DNA from: Candidatus Kuenenia stuttgartensis
GTDB taxonomy: Bacteria; Planctomycetota; Brocadiia; Brocadiales; Brocadiaceae
Length of the DNA stretch: 32,000 bases
NCBI RefSeq assembly: GCF_900232105.1
Contig: NZ_LT934425.1
Location: 1,590,001-1,622,000 of the forward strand
Direction of reading: 5' to 3'
Shown piece after piece: positions 16,880-26,146 of the stretch. The stretch's first letter is position 1. Every line of letters starts with the position of its first letter. Position numbers and translations under genes: made by a program. The notes beneath the pieces are model-generated. The model was not told the origin of the DNA and made no database searches. It saw nothing but the letters and a program-made list of their open reading frames with translations.

Positions 16880-17059
16880 TTACTTTTTCGCCTTCTTTGC
16901 AGCAGGCTTGGCTTTTGCTTTTGTCGTCGTCTTCGCTTTTTCTGTTGTTGTCTTTGCTTTTGTTGCGGTTTTTGCTTTTGTCGTTTTGGTGCCAACACTC
17001 TTTGTAGCTGTTTTTTTTGCTCCTGTTTTTGCGGAAGTACCACACTTCTTTACCGGCAT
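16880..17059 (-). CDS. lysine/threonine/alanine-rich histone H1-like (Hc1-like) basic protein, 59 aa
   Basis: Below the 60-aa cutoff of the track. ATG at 17059 is preceded by GAGAGGGGGTGATATTTA (strong SD). Translation checked codon by codon: MPVKKCGTSAKTGAKKTATKSVGTKTTKAKTATKAKTTTEKAKTTTKAKAKPAAKKAKK, stop TAA at 16882-16880. Track ORFs 16699..17043 and 16851..17069 are the other two frames of the same low-complexity DNA. Confidence 0.6.
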   Translation of the reverse strand: MPVKKCGTSAKTGAKKTATKSVGTKTTKAKTATKAKTTTEKAKTTTKAKAKPAAKKAKK

Positions 17060-17108
17060 TAAATATCACCCCCTCTCATAGATTATTGGGACCAACGGTA
17101 TAATGAAC

Positions 17109-17843
17109 CTACCAATTTCTCGATAAAACTTTTCCTTCATCTCCCCGGACACAGCAATAATTAACATATTTGCCTGCCACCATTGCAAATTCCCTGAGCA
17201 TTTCAAAAGAATAGGGCTTTTCATTTAACATATCCGTATTCAAACAATGATTCGGTTTAAAGGACTGTATGATATATCGTTCTGCACCCCTTATGGACAT
17301 TGAGATATCCTCGATATCATATTGATCCAATTGTGAAGGACAGACCGTAGTACGGAATTCATACTCAATGCCACTCTCCATAATAATATGAATACTATTT
17401 ACAATATCCTCTACATTACAGGGAGTTCCAGCTATTTCTTCATACTTATTTTTACGAAGAGGCGCTTTTACATCCATTGCAATACAATCCAAAAGGTCTT
17501 TTTCGATTAAATCTTTCAATGCATAAGGATTCGTTCCGTTTGTATCTAAGCGCACCAGAACACCAATATCCTTGAATATTTTCAGCAATTCGCCTAATTC
17601 CTTATACATGGTGGGTTCTCCGCCCGAAACAACAACGCCATCTATCCACCCAAAACTTTGCTGTAGTTTTTTCGTTACTGACTCCAAAGGTATTGATTCT
17701 AATTTATTCGGGGTTTGCACCAAATGCGGGGCATGACAATAATGGCAGAGAAAATTGCACGTTGGCAGAAAAATGATGGAGGCAATCTTTCCTTCCCACT
17801 CTAAGAGACTATTTTCAATAAAACCTTTAATTGGTATATTCAT
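17109..17843 (-). CDS. nrdG: anaerobic ribonucleoside-triphosphate reductase activating protein (radical SAM)
   Basis: 244-aa ORF with the CX3CX2C cluster motif CNFLCHYCHAP and VVVSGGEPTM. It lies directly downstream of nrdD. Confidence 0.9.
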   Translation of the reverse strand: MNIPIKGFIENSLLEWEGKIASIIFLPTCNFLCHYCHAPHLVQTPNKLESIPLESVTKKLQQSFGWIDGVVVSGGEPTMYKELGELLKIFKDIGVLVRLDTNGTNPYALKDLIEKDLLDCIAMDVKAPLRKNKYEEIAGTPCNVEDIVNSIHIIMESGIEYEFRTTVCPSQLDQYDIEDISMSIRGAERYIIQSFKPNHCLNTDMLNEKPYSFEMLREFAMVAGKYVNYCCVRGDEGKVLSRNW

Positions 17844-17912
17844 TCAAAAAATCTAAATAAAAATTTGAAAAACATCACCACTACCGCTGCCATGTTAAAT
17901 AAAGCTCGTATT

Positions 17913-20351
17913 CTAACTTTTTGCCGCACAAGATTCTACAGAAGCACTCTTGCCCGTAAAAATATCCTCTACACGATAATTGCCCTTATGCCTGTCCGCC
18001 AATTCACTTATTTTAGATTTGTTCCAATTATTTATACGGCTGAAATAGCCTACGATTCTTGTTATACCATAAACATTTCTCGACCCGCAATAGCCGCAAA
18101 TATCCGTAAGTTTTTTTGTGACTTTTTTACAATCGTTGCAAATGGTGAACTCGGGAGATATGGTAACCTGAGCAGCCTGTGTATTCTTAAATGTTTTTTT
18201 CACGAGATTCAAAATGCTGGAGGCCGGCGGCCTTTCTTCTCCTACAAATGCATGTATTATTGCACCAGATTCAATCATCGTGTGAAATTTACTCTGAAGG
18301 TATATTCTGGTAATCATATCTACCGGGGCATCCGGGCGAAGATGTATGCTATTGGTATAATACAAGCCGTCCCTTTCGTCATTTCCTTTTACAACGTCCG
18401 CCGCTTCAGGGAAATTTCGCATATCCACCTTTGCCAATCTTCTACTTGCACTTTCGGCGGGAGATTCTTCCAAAGAAAACTTCAACTTATGCTTTTTCCC
18501 TGCTTCCTTCACACGCGTATACATGTGGGAAACCACGCGCAAACCCTGGCGGATCATATCATCGCCTTCATGTAATTCTTTTCCCGTCATAAACTGCAAA
18601 CATTCATTTAACCCAATAATGCCTACAATATATGTTGACGCCTCAAGATCTACGTATGGACGACCATCTTTTGCTTTCTTTCCAATTTCCCAAAGAGGCA
18701 TTTCCGGTCCCGACATTAGTTTGCTGATAAATTTCTTTTTTTGAAGATGCGCCTTTACCGCAATTTCAATTGCTTTATCAATCTCTTTGTAAAGCGCATC
18801 CCAATTACCTTTTCCCGCCTTATAGGAGGCCTGGGGCAGGTTAATCGTTATATTTTGAAAGCCGCAAAAACGCATGCTTTCAGGATGTTTGATCATATAA
18901 TTATCATCAATTGTAGTACGTAAACGGCAGCATGCAGAGAGGGTTATCTCATCCCTGTCAAATACAAAGTATGGTACGCCATTCTCACTGGCAATCTGAC
19001 AGGCATATTCCAAAAGCTCATATTGTTTCGGATCTTTAAACGATTCTTCATTTATGTGAAAATCACATTTAGGAAACGCAAAGACATGGCCATAGCAATC
19101 CCCTTCCCTCCAAACATCCAACATCGCCAGAGTAAACCTCCTCGCCGTTTCCGCATACTCTCCATAAGTTTTTCCCGTCGGTTTCCCACCAGGACCTATA
19201 GCGGGTATATCTTTTAAATAACCGGGAATGCCTGTGTGTATATTAAAGTCAAGAAATAACGTCTGCCCCCCCCTGGAAAAAGCGCTCTGCGAACAGCTAA
19301 ATATGAGGTGTTGTGCCTCCTGCTTCATTTCCTGATGGCTCATCCCTTCAAGGTAAGGAGCATACATAATATTAATATACCCCACACCTAACGCCCCGGC
19401 ATAATATGCCTGCATGGAAGCCAGGAATGTATTTAAATGGCCTGTCAATGTACGCGCGTGCTTCGCTGGCGCTGAATCGGTATCTAAATTCTCAAGCGAC
19501 AATCCATATTTTTTTAAATACTCTAAAGAATGAGAAGAGCAATATACTCTGGTCGGATATCCAAGGTCATGAAGATGTACCATCCCACTTAGATGTGCCT
19601 CAGAGACCTCTTTGGAAAAAACCTCCTGAAGCGCGTATTGTTTTAAAGTGTTTTCTGCAATTGCAAGATTTATTGCTTCCGGATTATTAGTGGCAATGTT
19701 GCTGTTTTCCTTATTTTTTGACAGTATTAACTCATCGAGATCATATTTGGGCATACCAAGCACGGCCTGTTTTTCCAGTTTTTTACTGTATCCACGCTCA
19801 AACAATTCATTATCCACCAGCTCCCGGATTAAAGACGTTGAAATACGGTTCAACCCTGAAGAAAACACCCTTTGCTCCACTACGCTTGCAATTTCTTCAG
19901 CAACCTCTCCGGAGATATCCGCCTCCTTTTCCAGCGCTACGGCGACTTTTCTTTTATCCCAGGGAAAAGTTTCGTCCTTTGTCTCCGTATCGACCATGAG
20001 AGAAACATCTGTAGTATCCACTCTTTTCTGGGATTGCTTTCTTACCCTCAGCGAATCACGAATTCTTGCCCTTTTGTCTCTATATATAATGTAAGCCTTC
20101 GCTGTTTTCGCATGCCCCGTCTCAATAAGTACCTTTTCCACCACGTCCTGGATATTTTCTATGCCCGGGGGATTTCCATTGTATTTCTTCGCCAAAAACA
20201 TAGAAACCACTACAGCCAGTTCTTCTGCCAAAGCACGATCATTACCCCCAACAGCCTGCGCCGCCTTAAAAATCGCATCAGCAATCTTTTTTTCAACAAA
20301 AGGAGCTGTCCTTCCGTCTCGTTTTACGACATACTCTATCATATTACCCAT
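17913..20351 (-). CDS. nrdD: anaerobic (class III) ribonucleoside-triphosphate reductase
   Basis: 812-aa ORF. N-terminal ATP-cone (VVKRDGRTAPFVEKKIADAIFKA), C-terminal Zn site CNDC...CGYCGS, and glycyl-radical motif TRIVGYFSR. SD AGGAGG upstream. Confidence 0.95.
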   Translation of the reverse strand: MGNMIEYVVKRDGRTAPFVEKKIADAIFKAAQAVGGNDRALAEELAVVVSMFLAKKYNGNPPGIENIQDVVEKVLIETGHAKTAKAYIIYRDKRARIRDSLRVRKQSQKRVDTTDVSLMVDTETKDETFPWDKRKVAVALEKEADISGEVAEEIASVVEQRVFSSGLNRISTSLIRELVDNELFERGYSKKLEKQAVLGMPKYDLDELILSKNKENSNIATNNPEAINLAIAENTLKQYALQEVFSKEVSEAHLSGMVHLHDLGYPTRVYCSSHSLEYLKKYGLSLENLDTDSAPAKHARTLTGHLNTFLASMQAYYAGALGVGYINIMYAPYLEGMSHQEMKQEAQHLIFSCSQSAFSRGGQTLFLDFNIHTGIPGYLKDIPAIGPGGKPTGKTYGEYAETARRFTLAMLDVWREGDCYGHVFAFPKCDFHINEESFKDPKQYELLEYACQIASENGVPYFVFDRDEITLSACCRLRTTIDDNYMIKHPESMRFCGFQNITINLPQASYKAGKGNWDALYKEIDKAIEIAVKAHLQKKKFISKLMSGPEMPLWEIGKKAKDGRPYVDLEASTYIVGIIGLNECLQFMTGKELHEGDDMIRQGLRVVSHMYTRVKEAGKKHKLKFSLEESPAESASRRLAKVDMRNFPEAADVVKGNDERDGLYYTNSIHLRPDAPVDMITRIYLQSKFHTMIESGAIIHAFVGEERPPASSILNLVKKTFKNTQAAQVTISPEFTICNDCKKVTKKLTDICGYCGSRNVYGITRIVGYFSRINNWNKSKISELADRHKGNYRVEDIFTGKSASVESCAAKS

Positions 20352-20402
20352 ATCTTTCCGTACCTCCTAACAGGTTTAATACTATAACTTGTAGTTGTTC
20401 TT

Positions 20403-20873
20403 TCATCGCATCTTCTTCTTGGTTCCCTGCATAAACGGTTTTAGCTCATCTATAAATTCCGAAATATCTTTAAATTCCCTGTATACAGAAGCAAAACGAA
20501 CATAAGCAACCATATCAAGAATCCTTAATTTCTGCATTACCAGAGAACCAATAAAGTTTGCATTTACTTCACGGTCGAATTTGCTATATATTTCGCGCTC
20601 TATTTCATCAACGATATTTTCTATTATATCGGTAGAGACAGGCCGCTTCTCACACGCTTTCAGCAAACCATTAAATACTTTTTTCCGATCATACATCTCG
20701 CGCCGTCCATCTTTCTTAACGACACGCAATGGATTTTCTTCAACTCGCTCGTATGTAGTATATCGACGACCGCAGTCCAAACACTCCCGCCTGCGCTTAA
20801 TACTTAGACCATCCGCTGTTGTACGAGAATTAATCACTTTGTCATTATCCGCTTTACAAAACAAGCATTGCAT
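20403..20873 (-). CDS. nrdR: transcriptional repressor NrdR
   Basis: 156-aa ORF. Zinc ribbon MQCLFCKADNDKVINSR...CLDCGRRYTTYERVE followed by an ATP-cone. There are 51 nt between its stop and nrdD. Confidence 0.95.
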   Translation of the reverse strand: MQCLFCKADNDKVINSRTTADGLSIKRRRECLDCGRRYTTYERVEENPLRVVKKDGRREMYDRKKVFNGLLKACEKRPVSTDIIENIVDEIEREIYSKFDREVNANFIGSLVMQKLRILDMVAYVRFASVYREFKDISEFIDELKPFMQGTKKKMR

Positions 20874-21052
20874 GCGCCCTTAACCTAACATGGAGAAGCC
20901 AGAACCAAACAAGCACGAAACACGAAAGACGCGCTCGTTTGGAATATAAAATCATTTTATCATTAGAATTCGTTTCGTATCCAGTATTTCGGGTTTCACT
21001 ATTAAATATTTTAACAAAAACCGTTAAAGAAATTACTGATAAGGTACCAAAA

Positions 21053-21113
21053 ACACATTTATAGCTATATATGTTAGTCTGAAGTATATATCATACAAGA
21101 TATATGATGTCAA
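21053..21113 (-). promoter_or_regulatory. candidate nrdR-nrdDG promoter with overlapping NrdR-box-like palindromes
   Basis: Minus strand: TTGACA (21113-21108), a 17-nt spacer, then TATATA (21090-21085). The spacer contains ACATCATATATCTTGT (21110-21095), a 12/16 match to the remembered NrdR box acaCwAtATaTwGtgt. A second AT-rich palindrome, ACATTTATAGCTATATATGT (21055-21074, 18/20 self-complementary), lies just downstream of the -10. Confidence 0.4.
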
Positions 21114-21243
21114 GAAGATTTACCAAAAAACCTGCTTTATTGATTTTCAAGCAAAAATAATTCAACGTTTTTACTGTATTATTGAGTTTAACACGTATAC
21201 TATCGAGGACAAAAACTTTTTATTTTTGAAAGGCGTTTTGTTA

Positions 21244-21720
21244 CTATTTTTCATCGCCCACAACAGGTTCTTCAAGCCCTGCAAAGTCAACCGGGACATT
21301 TGCCATATGAAGTATTTCTTTTGCAAGGGCATCGGGGTAATCGGAAATGGCAACAATACGCTTTATTCCGGCATTCACCAGCATTTTAGCGCACAAAGAA
21401 CATGGACAGGTTGTGCTATACAAGGTTGCTCCCGAAATTTTTATTCCGTAGCGCGCTGCTTGTATAAGAGCATTCATTTCAGCATGAAGCCCCCGGCATA
21501 ATTCGTGGCGTTCGCCAGGCGGCACTCTTAATTGTTCCCGCAAACAGCCAATTTCCAGACAGTGCTGAAGCCCGCTTGGCGCTCCATTGTAACCTGTGGC
21601 TAGAATATGTTTTTCCAAAACAAGAACAGCACCTACCTGTCTGCGCAGGCATGTTGACCGCCGCGCAACTTCTTTTGTAATCCTCAAAAAATATTCGTCC
21701 CATGAAGGCCTCTCGCGCAT
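21244..21720 (-). CDS. deoxycytidylate (dCMP) deaminase, ComEB-type
   Basis: Zinc-binding CDA motifs HAEMNAL and [10 protein letters not shown], with an N-terminal [18 protein letters not shown]. The track start 21732 overlaps mnmE. The ATG at 21720 is preceded by GGGAAGTGAA and sits 2 nt after the mnmE stop. Confidence 0.9.
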   Translation of the reverse strand: MRERPSWDEYFLRITKEVARRSTCLRRQVGAVLVLEKHILATGYNGAPSGLQHCLEIGCLREQLRVPPGERHELCRGLHAEMNALIQAARYGIKISGATLYSTTCPCSLCAKMLVNAGIKRIVAISDYPDALAKEILHMANVPVDFAGLEEPVVGDEK

Positions 21721-21721
21721 T

Positions 21722-23128
21722 TCACTTCCCAATACAAAATTCCTGAAATATTTTATCTAAAATATCCTCTGTCGTAATTTCACCTACTACTTCACCAAGA
21801 ATGTCCACTGCCATTCTCAGGTCCATGGCAATAAATTCATCGCTCATAGTATCTCTGAAAGACGCTATCGCCTGTTCTATTCGTTCGTACGACCGTTGCA
21901 TGGCGTCTTTTTGATAAACATTGAAAAAATGAAGTGTGTTTGATCGTTCTATCTGCCCGGCCAAAACTTTATCAAACATAAGTGTCTTTAATCTCTCCAA
22001 TCCCTCGCCGGTTAATGCAGAAACATACACAACAGTATATTTTTTTACTTCTTCCGGCAGTTCAAAGGAAGAACTCTCCGGCATTAAATCGCATTTGTTG
22101 ACCACCACAATTACATTATTGGCAACCTCACTATGATTTATTTCCAATGATTGGATATCCATTTTTTCATTACCGGCAAAAACAAGCAATAACAGATGTG
22201 CACTTTTCAAGGCACCTTGAGCCTTTTCTCTTGCTTGTAAAAAAACAGGTTCTCTTGCTTCATCGAAACCCGCTATATCTGTTAATTTAAAACACACGCT
22301 TCCTATTTCCAAAACTCCGGTAACCATATCCCGCGTAGTCCCTGGTCTGTCACTTACAATAGCTCTTTTCTCCCCCAGCAGCGCGTTAATCAAACTCGAT
22401 TTTCCCACATTCGGTTTGCCATATAGTACCGTACGAATTTCTTCAGAAGATATTTTATCCGTCAACGGCTTATTCATTAGATTAACAATATCATTTCTAA
22501 TATCTTCCATTTTGTTTATCATTTCCATCCGGGATATTAATTCAATGTCCTGGTCTGAAAAGTCAATGGACATTTCAATATATGTACAAAGGGAGGTTAT
22601 TTTGTTTTGAATATCTTTAATTCGCAGAGAAGCATTTCCTGACAATTGCAAAATTGCCAAATCGAGTTCTGAATCTGATTGCGAACGAATGAGGTTTTTT
22701 ATCGCTTCCGCCTGCGCAAGATCTATTCGTCCGTGCAAAAATGCTCGTTTTGTAAATTCTCCCGGCCGCGAAAGCCGCAAACCGTCTTTTAATCCTTCTT
22801 TTTTTTGTAAAATATATTGCAGAATCATTTCTCCGATTGGCCTGCCTCCCAAAGTGTGAATCTCCACGATATCTTCTTTTGTATAGGAATGTGGCTGCCT
22901 CATCACATATAAAACAGCAGGAATTTTTAATGACTCCGCAGGCAAACAAATACATCCTTTTATAGAAACAAATGTTTGTAAGTTTTCTAGTTTTATATTA
23001 GCAGAAGGAACAAATATTTCATGGATCGAGGGAATTGCTTCTGATCCGCTTACCCTGATCACTGCGTGAAAGGATCTGCCTGCTGGCGTTGCTACGGTAA
23101 GAATGGTATCCTGTACTTCAGGAAGCAT
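21722..23128 (-). CDS. mnmE: tRNA modification GTPase MnmE (TrmE)
   Basis: 468-aa ORF with G1 [15 protein letters not shown]4 VVNKCDL and the hallmark C-terminal CIGK. Confidence 0.95.
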   Translation of the reverse strand: MLPEVQDTILTVATPAGRSFHAVIRVSGSEAIPSIHEIFVPSANIKLENLQTFVSIKGCICLPAESLKIPAVLYVMRQPHSYTKEDIVEIHTLGGRPIGEMILQYILQKKEGLKDGLRLSRPGEFTKRAFLHGRIDLAQAEAIKNLIRSQSDSELDLAILQLSGNASLRIKDIQNKITSLCTYIEMSIDFSDQDIELISRMEMINKMEDIRNDIVNLMNKPLTDKISSEEIRTVLYGKPNVGKSSLINALLGEKRAIVSDRPGTTRDMVTGVLEIGSVCFKLTDIAGFDEAREPVFLQAREKAQGALKSAHLLLLVFAGNEKMDIQSLEINHSEVANNVIVVVNKCDLMPESSSFELPEEVKKYTVVYVSALTGEGLERLKTLMFDKVLAGQIERSNTLHFFNVYQKDAMQRSYERIEQAIASFRDTMSDEFIAMDLRMAVDILGEVVGEITTEDILDKIFQEFCIGK

Positions 23129-23208
23129 ATGATGTCACGGTTATATTAGGGATATTTTTTGCCTGTTGAATATTTAGCTATGGGAGCGCAAAAAAAGGGG
23201 GGATCACA

Positions 23209-24900
23209 CTAAACTATTTTTATTTTTTTAATAGATTTTCTAATGAATAGGCTTTCAACGATGCTGAATATAGTGCTTGTTGTCCAATAAAGGGTAAGTC
23301 CTGAAGGCATTTTATATAAAATGAACGCAAACATAATTGGCATAAATGACATCATTTTTTGCTGCGCCTGAGCCTGTGGGTCAGTGGCTGGAGATTTCGG
23401 CGTTAATTTCATCTGAACAAAGGAAGCGCCTGTCATTATTATCGGCAGGATATTCAGGGTATTACCGAGAAAAGGGATGGTAAACGGCAAATACATCAGT
23501 GTGTCAGGCATGGAAAGATCATTTATCCAAAAAACAAAAGGTGCCTGCCTCATTTCAAAAGAGAGCTGCAGTGTTCTGAACAGTGCAAAAAAAACAGGCA
23601 ATTGCAATATCATTGGCAAGCAGCCGCTCATTGGATTTACACCATATTTTTTAAACAACAACACCTGTTCCTGGCCTATTTTTTGCTTATTGTTTTTATA
23701 TTTTTCCTTAAGCTGGTTAATCAGCGGTTGCAACTGTTGCATCCTAAACATGGAAACCTGGCTTTTTCTCGTTAACGGAAACAAAAGAGCCTTGATAATT
23801 ATCGTTAATACTATGATGGAAATGCCATAATTGGGAATTACGTTATGAACAGCATTTAAAAAACCAAGGAGCAGTTTGCTTATGACATTTAACCACCCAT
23901 AACTTATGATAGCATCCATGGTGCCATACTGACCCAAAACCTCTTCTTTCTTCGGGCCTACAAAATAGAGATATCCATGTCTGACGGACGTATGCGGAGC
24001 TATGTGTATTCTCCCCGTCTGCAAGCTGACCATAAAATCACCCTGTTCCGCCTTTTCCTCTGAAGGCATACCTTGCATATCAAATGCCTGAAGATGAACA
24101 GATGCTACCCATTCACTGGAAGCAGGCTTCAACACTGTGGCAAAATACTTATTCGTTGAACCCGCCCAAACAATGCCACGAGACTCATTTTTGGCAGGAA
24201 ACCCTTTCGGTGCGGTGGATACTAATTTAATTTTATGGTTCCCCATATCGATGCCGACAAGCCCTGCAATATCTGTCGAAATTACGCCTTCGTGCGTAAT
24301 CATGGAGGAGGCAATGATATCGTATGCTAAAGAAATTTCAGCGTCTGTATTGTTTTCCAATACAATTTCCATATCCACTTGGTATTTACCATCCGGTATG
24401 GAAACGGTCTTGATAAGATTAAGTCCGCTTTCCAGGCTTGTGCTAAACGAAATCCTTCCCTTGCTTCTATCCGTTATCCTGTATCTCTGTCTTTGGAAAT
24501 CTGCCTTTTGATATATATAGCTTATGGCGAGGGGGCGATATTCCGTATCAGCATCTTTTATTAATTCTAAAGTATCTTTCGAATCCTGACTTTTAAAATC
24601 CTTTAGTTTAACCGATTTGAGCGCCGCACCGTCATTTATCCACACTGTTCTAATACATTCATTTTCAATCACCACTTCTTCTTCATGTATGTCCATCTCA
24701 CGCAAAGTTTCCTGAGAAGGCAGCAACGCAGGAATGACCGTCCTTATTTCATTTTTTGTTTCGAGGCGTCGTTTTTCGGCAGAGAGTTCCTCTTGTGTTA
24801 CCTTCTCTGTTTTTGGAGATAGCAAAGGCAGTATAATGGGGTAGTATAATAACATTATTACCCCGCAAATGATTAATGCAATCAGCGATTTTCTATCCAT
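23209..24900 (-). CDS. yidC: membrane protein insertase YidC
   Basis: 563-aa ORF with an N-terminal TM, a large periplasmic domain, and the conserved insertase core (YGISIIVLTIIIKALLFPLT, NPMSGCLPMILQLPVFFALF, LYWTTSTIFSIVE). Confidence 0.95.
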   Translation of the reverse strand: MDRKSLIALIICGVIMLLYYPIILPLLSPKTEKVTQEELSAEKRRLETKNEIRTVIPALLPSQETLREMDIHEEEVVIENECIRTVWINDGAALKSVKLKDFKSQDSKDTLELIKDADTEYRPLAISYIYQKADFQRQRYRITDRSKGRISFSTSLESGLNLIKTVSIPDGKYQVDMEIVLENNTDAEISLAYDIIASSMITHEGVISTDIAGLVGIDMGNHKIKLVSTAPKGFPAKNESRGIVWAGSTNKYFATVLKPASSEWVASVHLQAFDMQGMPSEEKAEQGDFMVSLQTGRIHIAPHTSVRHGYLYFVGPKKEEVLGQYGTMDAIISYGWLNVISKLLLGFLNAVHNVIPNYGISIIVLTIIIKALLFPLTRKSQVSMFRMQQLQPLINQLKEKYKNNKQKIGQEQVLLFKKYGVNPMSGCLPMILQLPVFFALFRTLQLSFEMRQAPFVFWINDLSMPDTLMYLPFTIPFLGNTLNILPIIMTGASFVQMKLTPKSPATDPQAQAQQKMMSFMPIMFAFILYKMPSGLTLYWTTSTIFSIVESLFIRKSIKKIKIV

Positions 24901-25079
24901 TAAGATTCCTTCTCTTTCGTTTCTGGCAACGCTGCTTCATCTATAAGCATAACCGGTATATCATCTTTTACAGGATACCTTCGCCCGCATTGCACACAAA
25001 TAATCCTGTCGCCCTCCAGTCGAACATCTGTTTTGCACAGCGGGCATGCGAGTATTTCCAACAATTCCTTAGAAACCAT
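24900..25079 (-). CDS. Trm112/YcaR (UPF0434) family small zinc-ribbon protein, 59 aa
   Basis: Below the track cutoff. Translation checked codon by codon: MVSKELLEILACPLCKTDVRLEGDRIICVQCGRRYPVKDDIPVMLIDEAALPETKEKES. It carries the family pattern LLEILACPxCK...C..C...YPv.DgIPVML.DEA. Its stop TAA (24902-24900) overlaps the yidC ATG by 1 nt (TAATG). Confidence 0.8.
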   Translation of the reverse strand: MVSKELLEILACPLCKTDVRLEGDRIICVQCGRRYPVKDDIPVMLIDEAALPETKEKES

Positions 25080-25399
25080 AACCTATTATCTCCAAATGAC
25101 ATTTCAATGCCAAAAACATTTTTTTAAATACTTTTTAAGCAGCCGCAGCCAAAAATAAAACTCACATTTATGTCCGCGTGTTTATTTTTAGGCGGTAATA
25201 CCTGCCTTACGAGACAAACAAAGAAGCAAAGATACTAACAAACTAACGAATTAAATTCAAATTAAAACTATGTATGCCAATGTTATAGGATACGATTGCA
25301 CAAAAAAGAGGTGAAAAAGTGGCGAGTTAAAGTATTTGTAATTAATTGTATAAAGATATTTGTACGTCGGAGTAATTTAGTGGCTGTTCTATTCTTACC

Positions 25400-26080
25400 T
25401 TATTCTGCCTTACCAGTTCTAATAGCGCCAAAAAAAAAACCAATGATGCGACGTCTTTCTCTTATCCCTTCAAAAAGCGCAAAAAAAGAAACAGGGGCGC
25501 TCTGTTGAACACGCAATAGAACGGCCTCCATATAATCCTTTACCGGGGTATCGTCGTAAACAATTGTTCTGCCCTGAACATCAAACAATGTTTGACTCAT
25601 CAGGTCTGAAAATTTTTGCAACAAATCCCAAAGGCTCACCCCTTCTAGAGGAATTTTCTCTTCGTTTTCTGTCGCTGTTTCTAAGGGATTTTCATAATAT
25701 AACCGTTTCCATTTTCTGCCCCAATGATCCGCTTTATGAGACAAGACGATAGAAGTTTCCTTGTATTTTTTATATTCTAACAATTGTTTTACCAAAGAAG
25801 TCCTTGGATCTTCAATTTCATCTTCATCTTTCATTTCGGTCTTTGGAAGGAGCATATACGATTTTATATACATTAACGTTGCGGCCATTATCAAAAAATC
25901 GCCGATATTGTTCATGTCAAGCGTCTGCAATGCATCTACATAGTGCAAATAGTGCTCTGTAATCCTGGAAATAGGAATGTCATAAATATTTACCTCATCC
26001 TTTTTAATCAAATAAAGGAGCAGATCTACAGGTCCGTTATAAATGTCTAAATCTACTTTATAATTATCCGCTATTTCCAT
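25400..26080 (-). CDS. scpA: segregation and condensation protein A (kleisin ScpA), reading frame broken at a homopolymer
   Basis: The N-terminus MEIADNYKVDLDIYNGPVDLLLYLIKKDEVNIYDIPISRITEHYLHYV is typical ScpA. The track ORF ends ...IIGFFFGAIRTGKAE right after a T10 run (A10 on plus, 25430-25439). Removing one T gives ...IIGFFLALLELVRQNKVRIEQPLNYSDVQISLYN, with the stop at 25344-25342, which is the canonical ScpA C-terminus. Confidence 0.85.
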   Translation of the reverse strand: MEIADNYKVDLDIYNGPVDLLLYLIKKDEVNIYDIPISRITEHYLHYVDALQTLDMNNIGDFLIMAATLMYIKSYMLLPKTEMKDEDEIEDPRTSLVKQLLEYKKYKETSIVLSHKADHWGRKWKRLYYENPLETATENEEKIPLEGVSLWDLLQKFSDLMSQTLFDVQGRTIVYDDTPVKDYMEAVLLRVQQSAPVSFFALFEGIRERRRIIGFFFGAIRTGKAE

Positions 26081-26146
26081 AAAGCTTATCCTGCTAAAAG
26101 TCCTGCATTTTTCTCTGGCGCTTCAAAAAAAAGGCTATCATCCCTT

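Noticed and set aside
16699-17069. Track ORFs 16699..17043 (114 aa, Q/K/R-rich) and 16851..17069 (72 aa)
   Set aside because: They are alternative frames of the same low-complexity DNA. Only the third frame (16880..17059) starts with an ATG behind a strong SD and gives a coherent H1-like protein. The 114-aa ORF runs on into non-coding AT-rich sequence.
17865-18575. 236-aa plus-strand ORF, plus 19648..20094 and 19872..20387, antisense to nrdD/nrdG
   Set aside because: They are overlapped by nrdD, whose identity is certain. The translations are Cys/Phe/Arg-rich with no recognisable domain, as is typical of mirror-frame ORFs in AT-rich DNA.
20378-20392. Third NrdR box (AATACTATAACTTGT) between nrdR and nrdD
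   Set aside because: It resembles half of the box at 21095-21110 but is not self-complementary when checked position by position.
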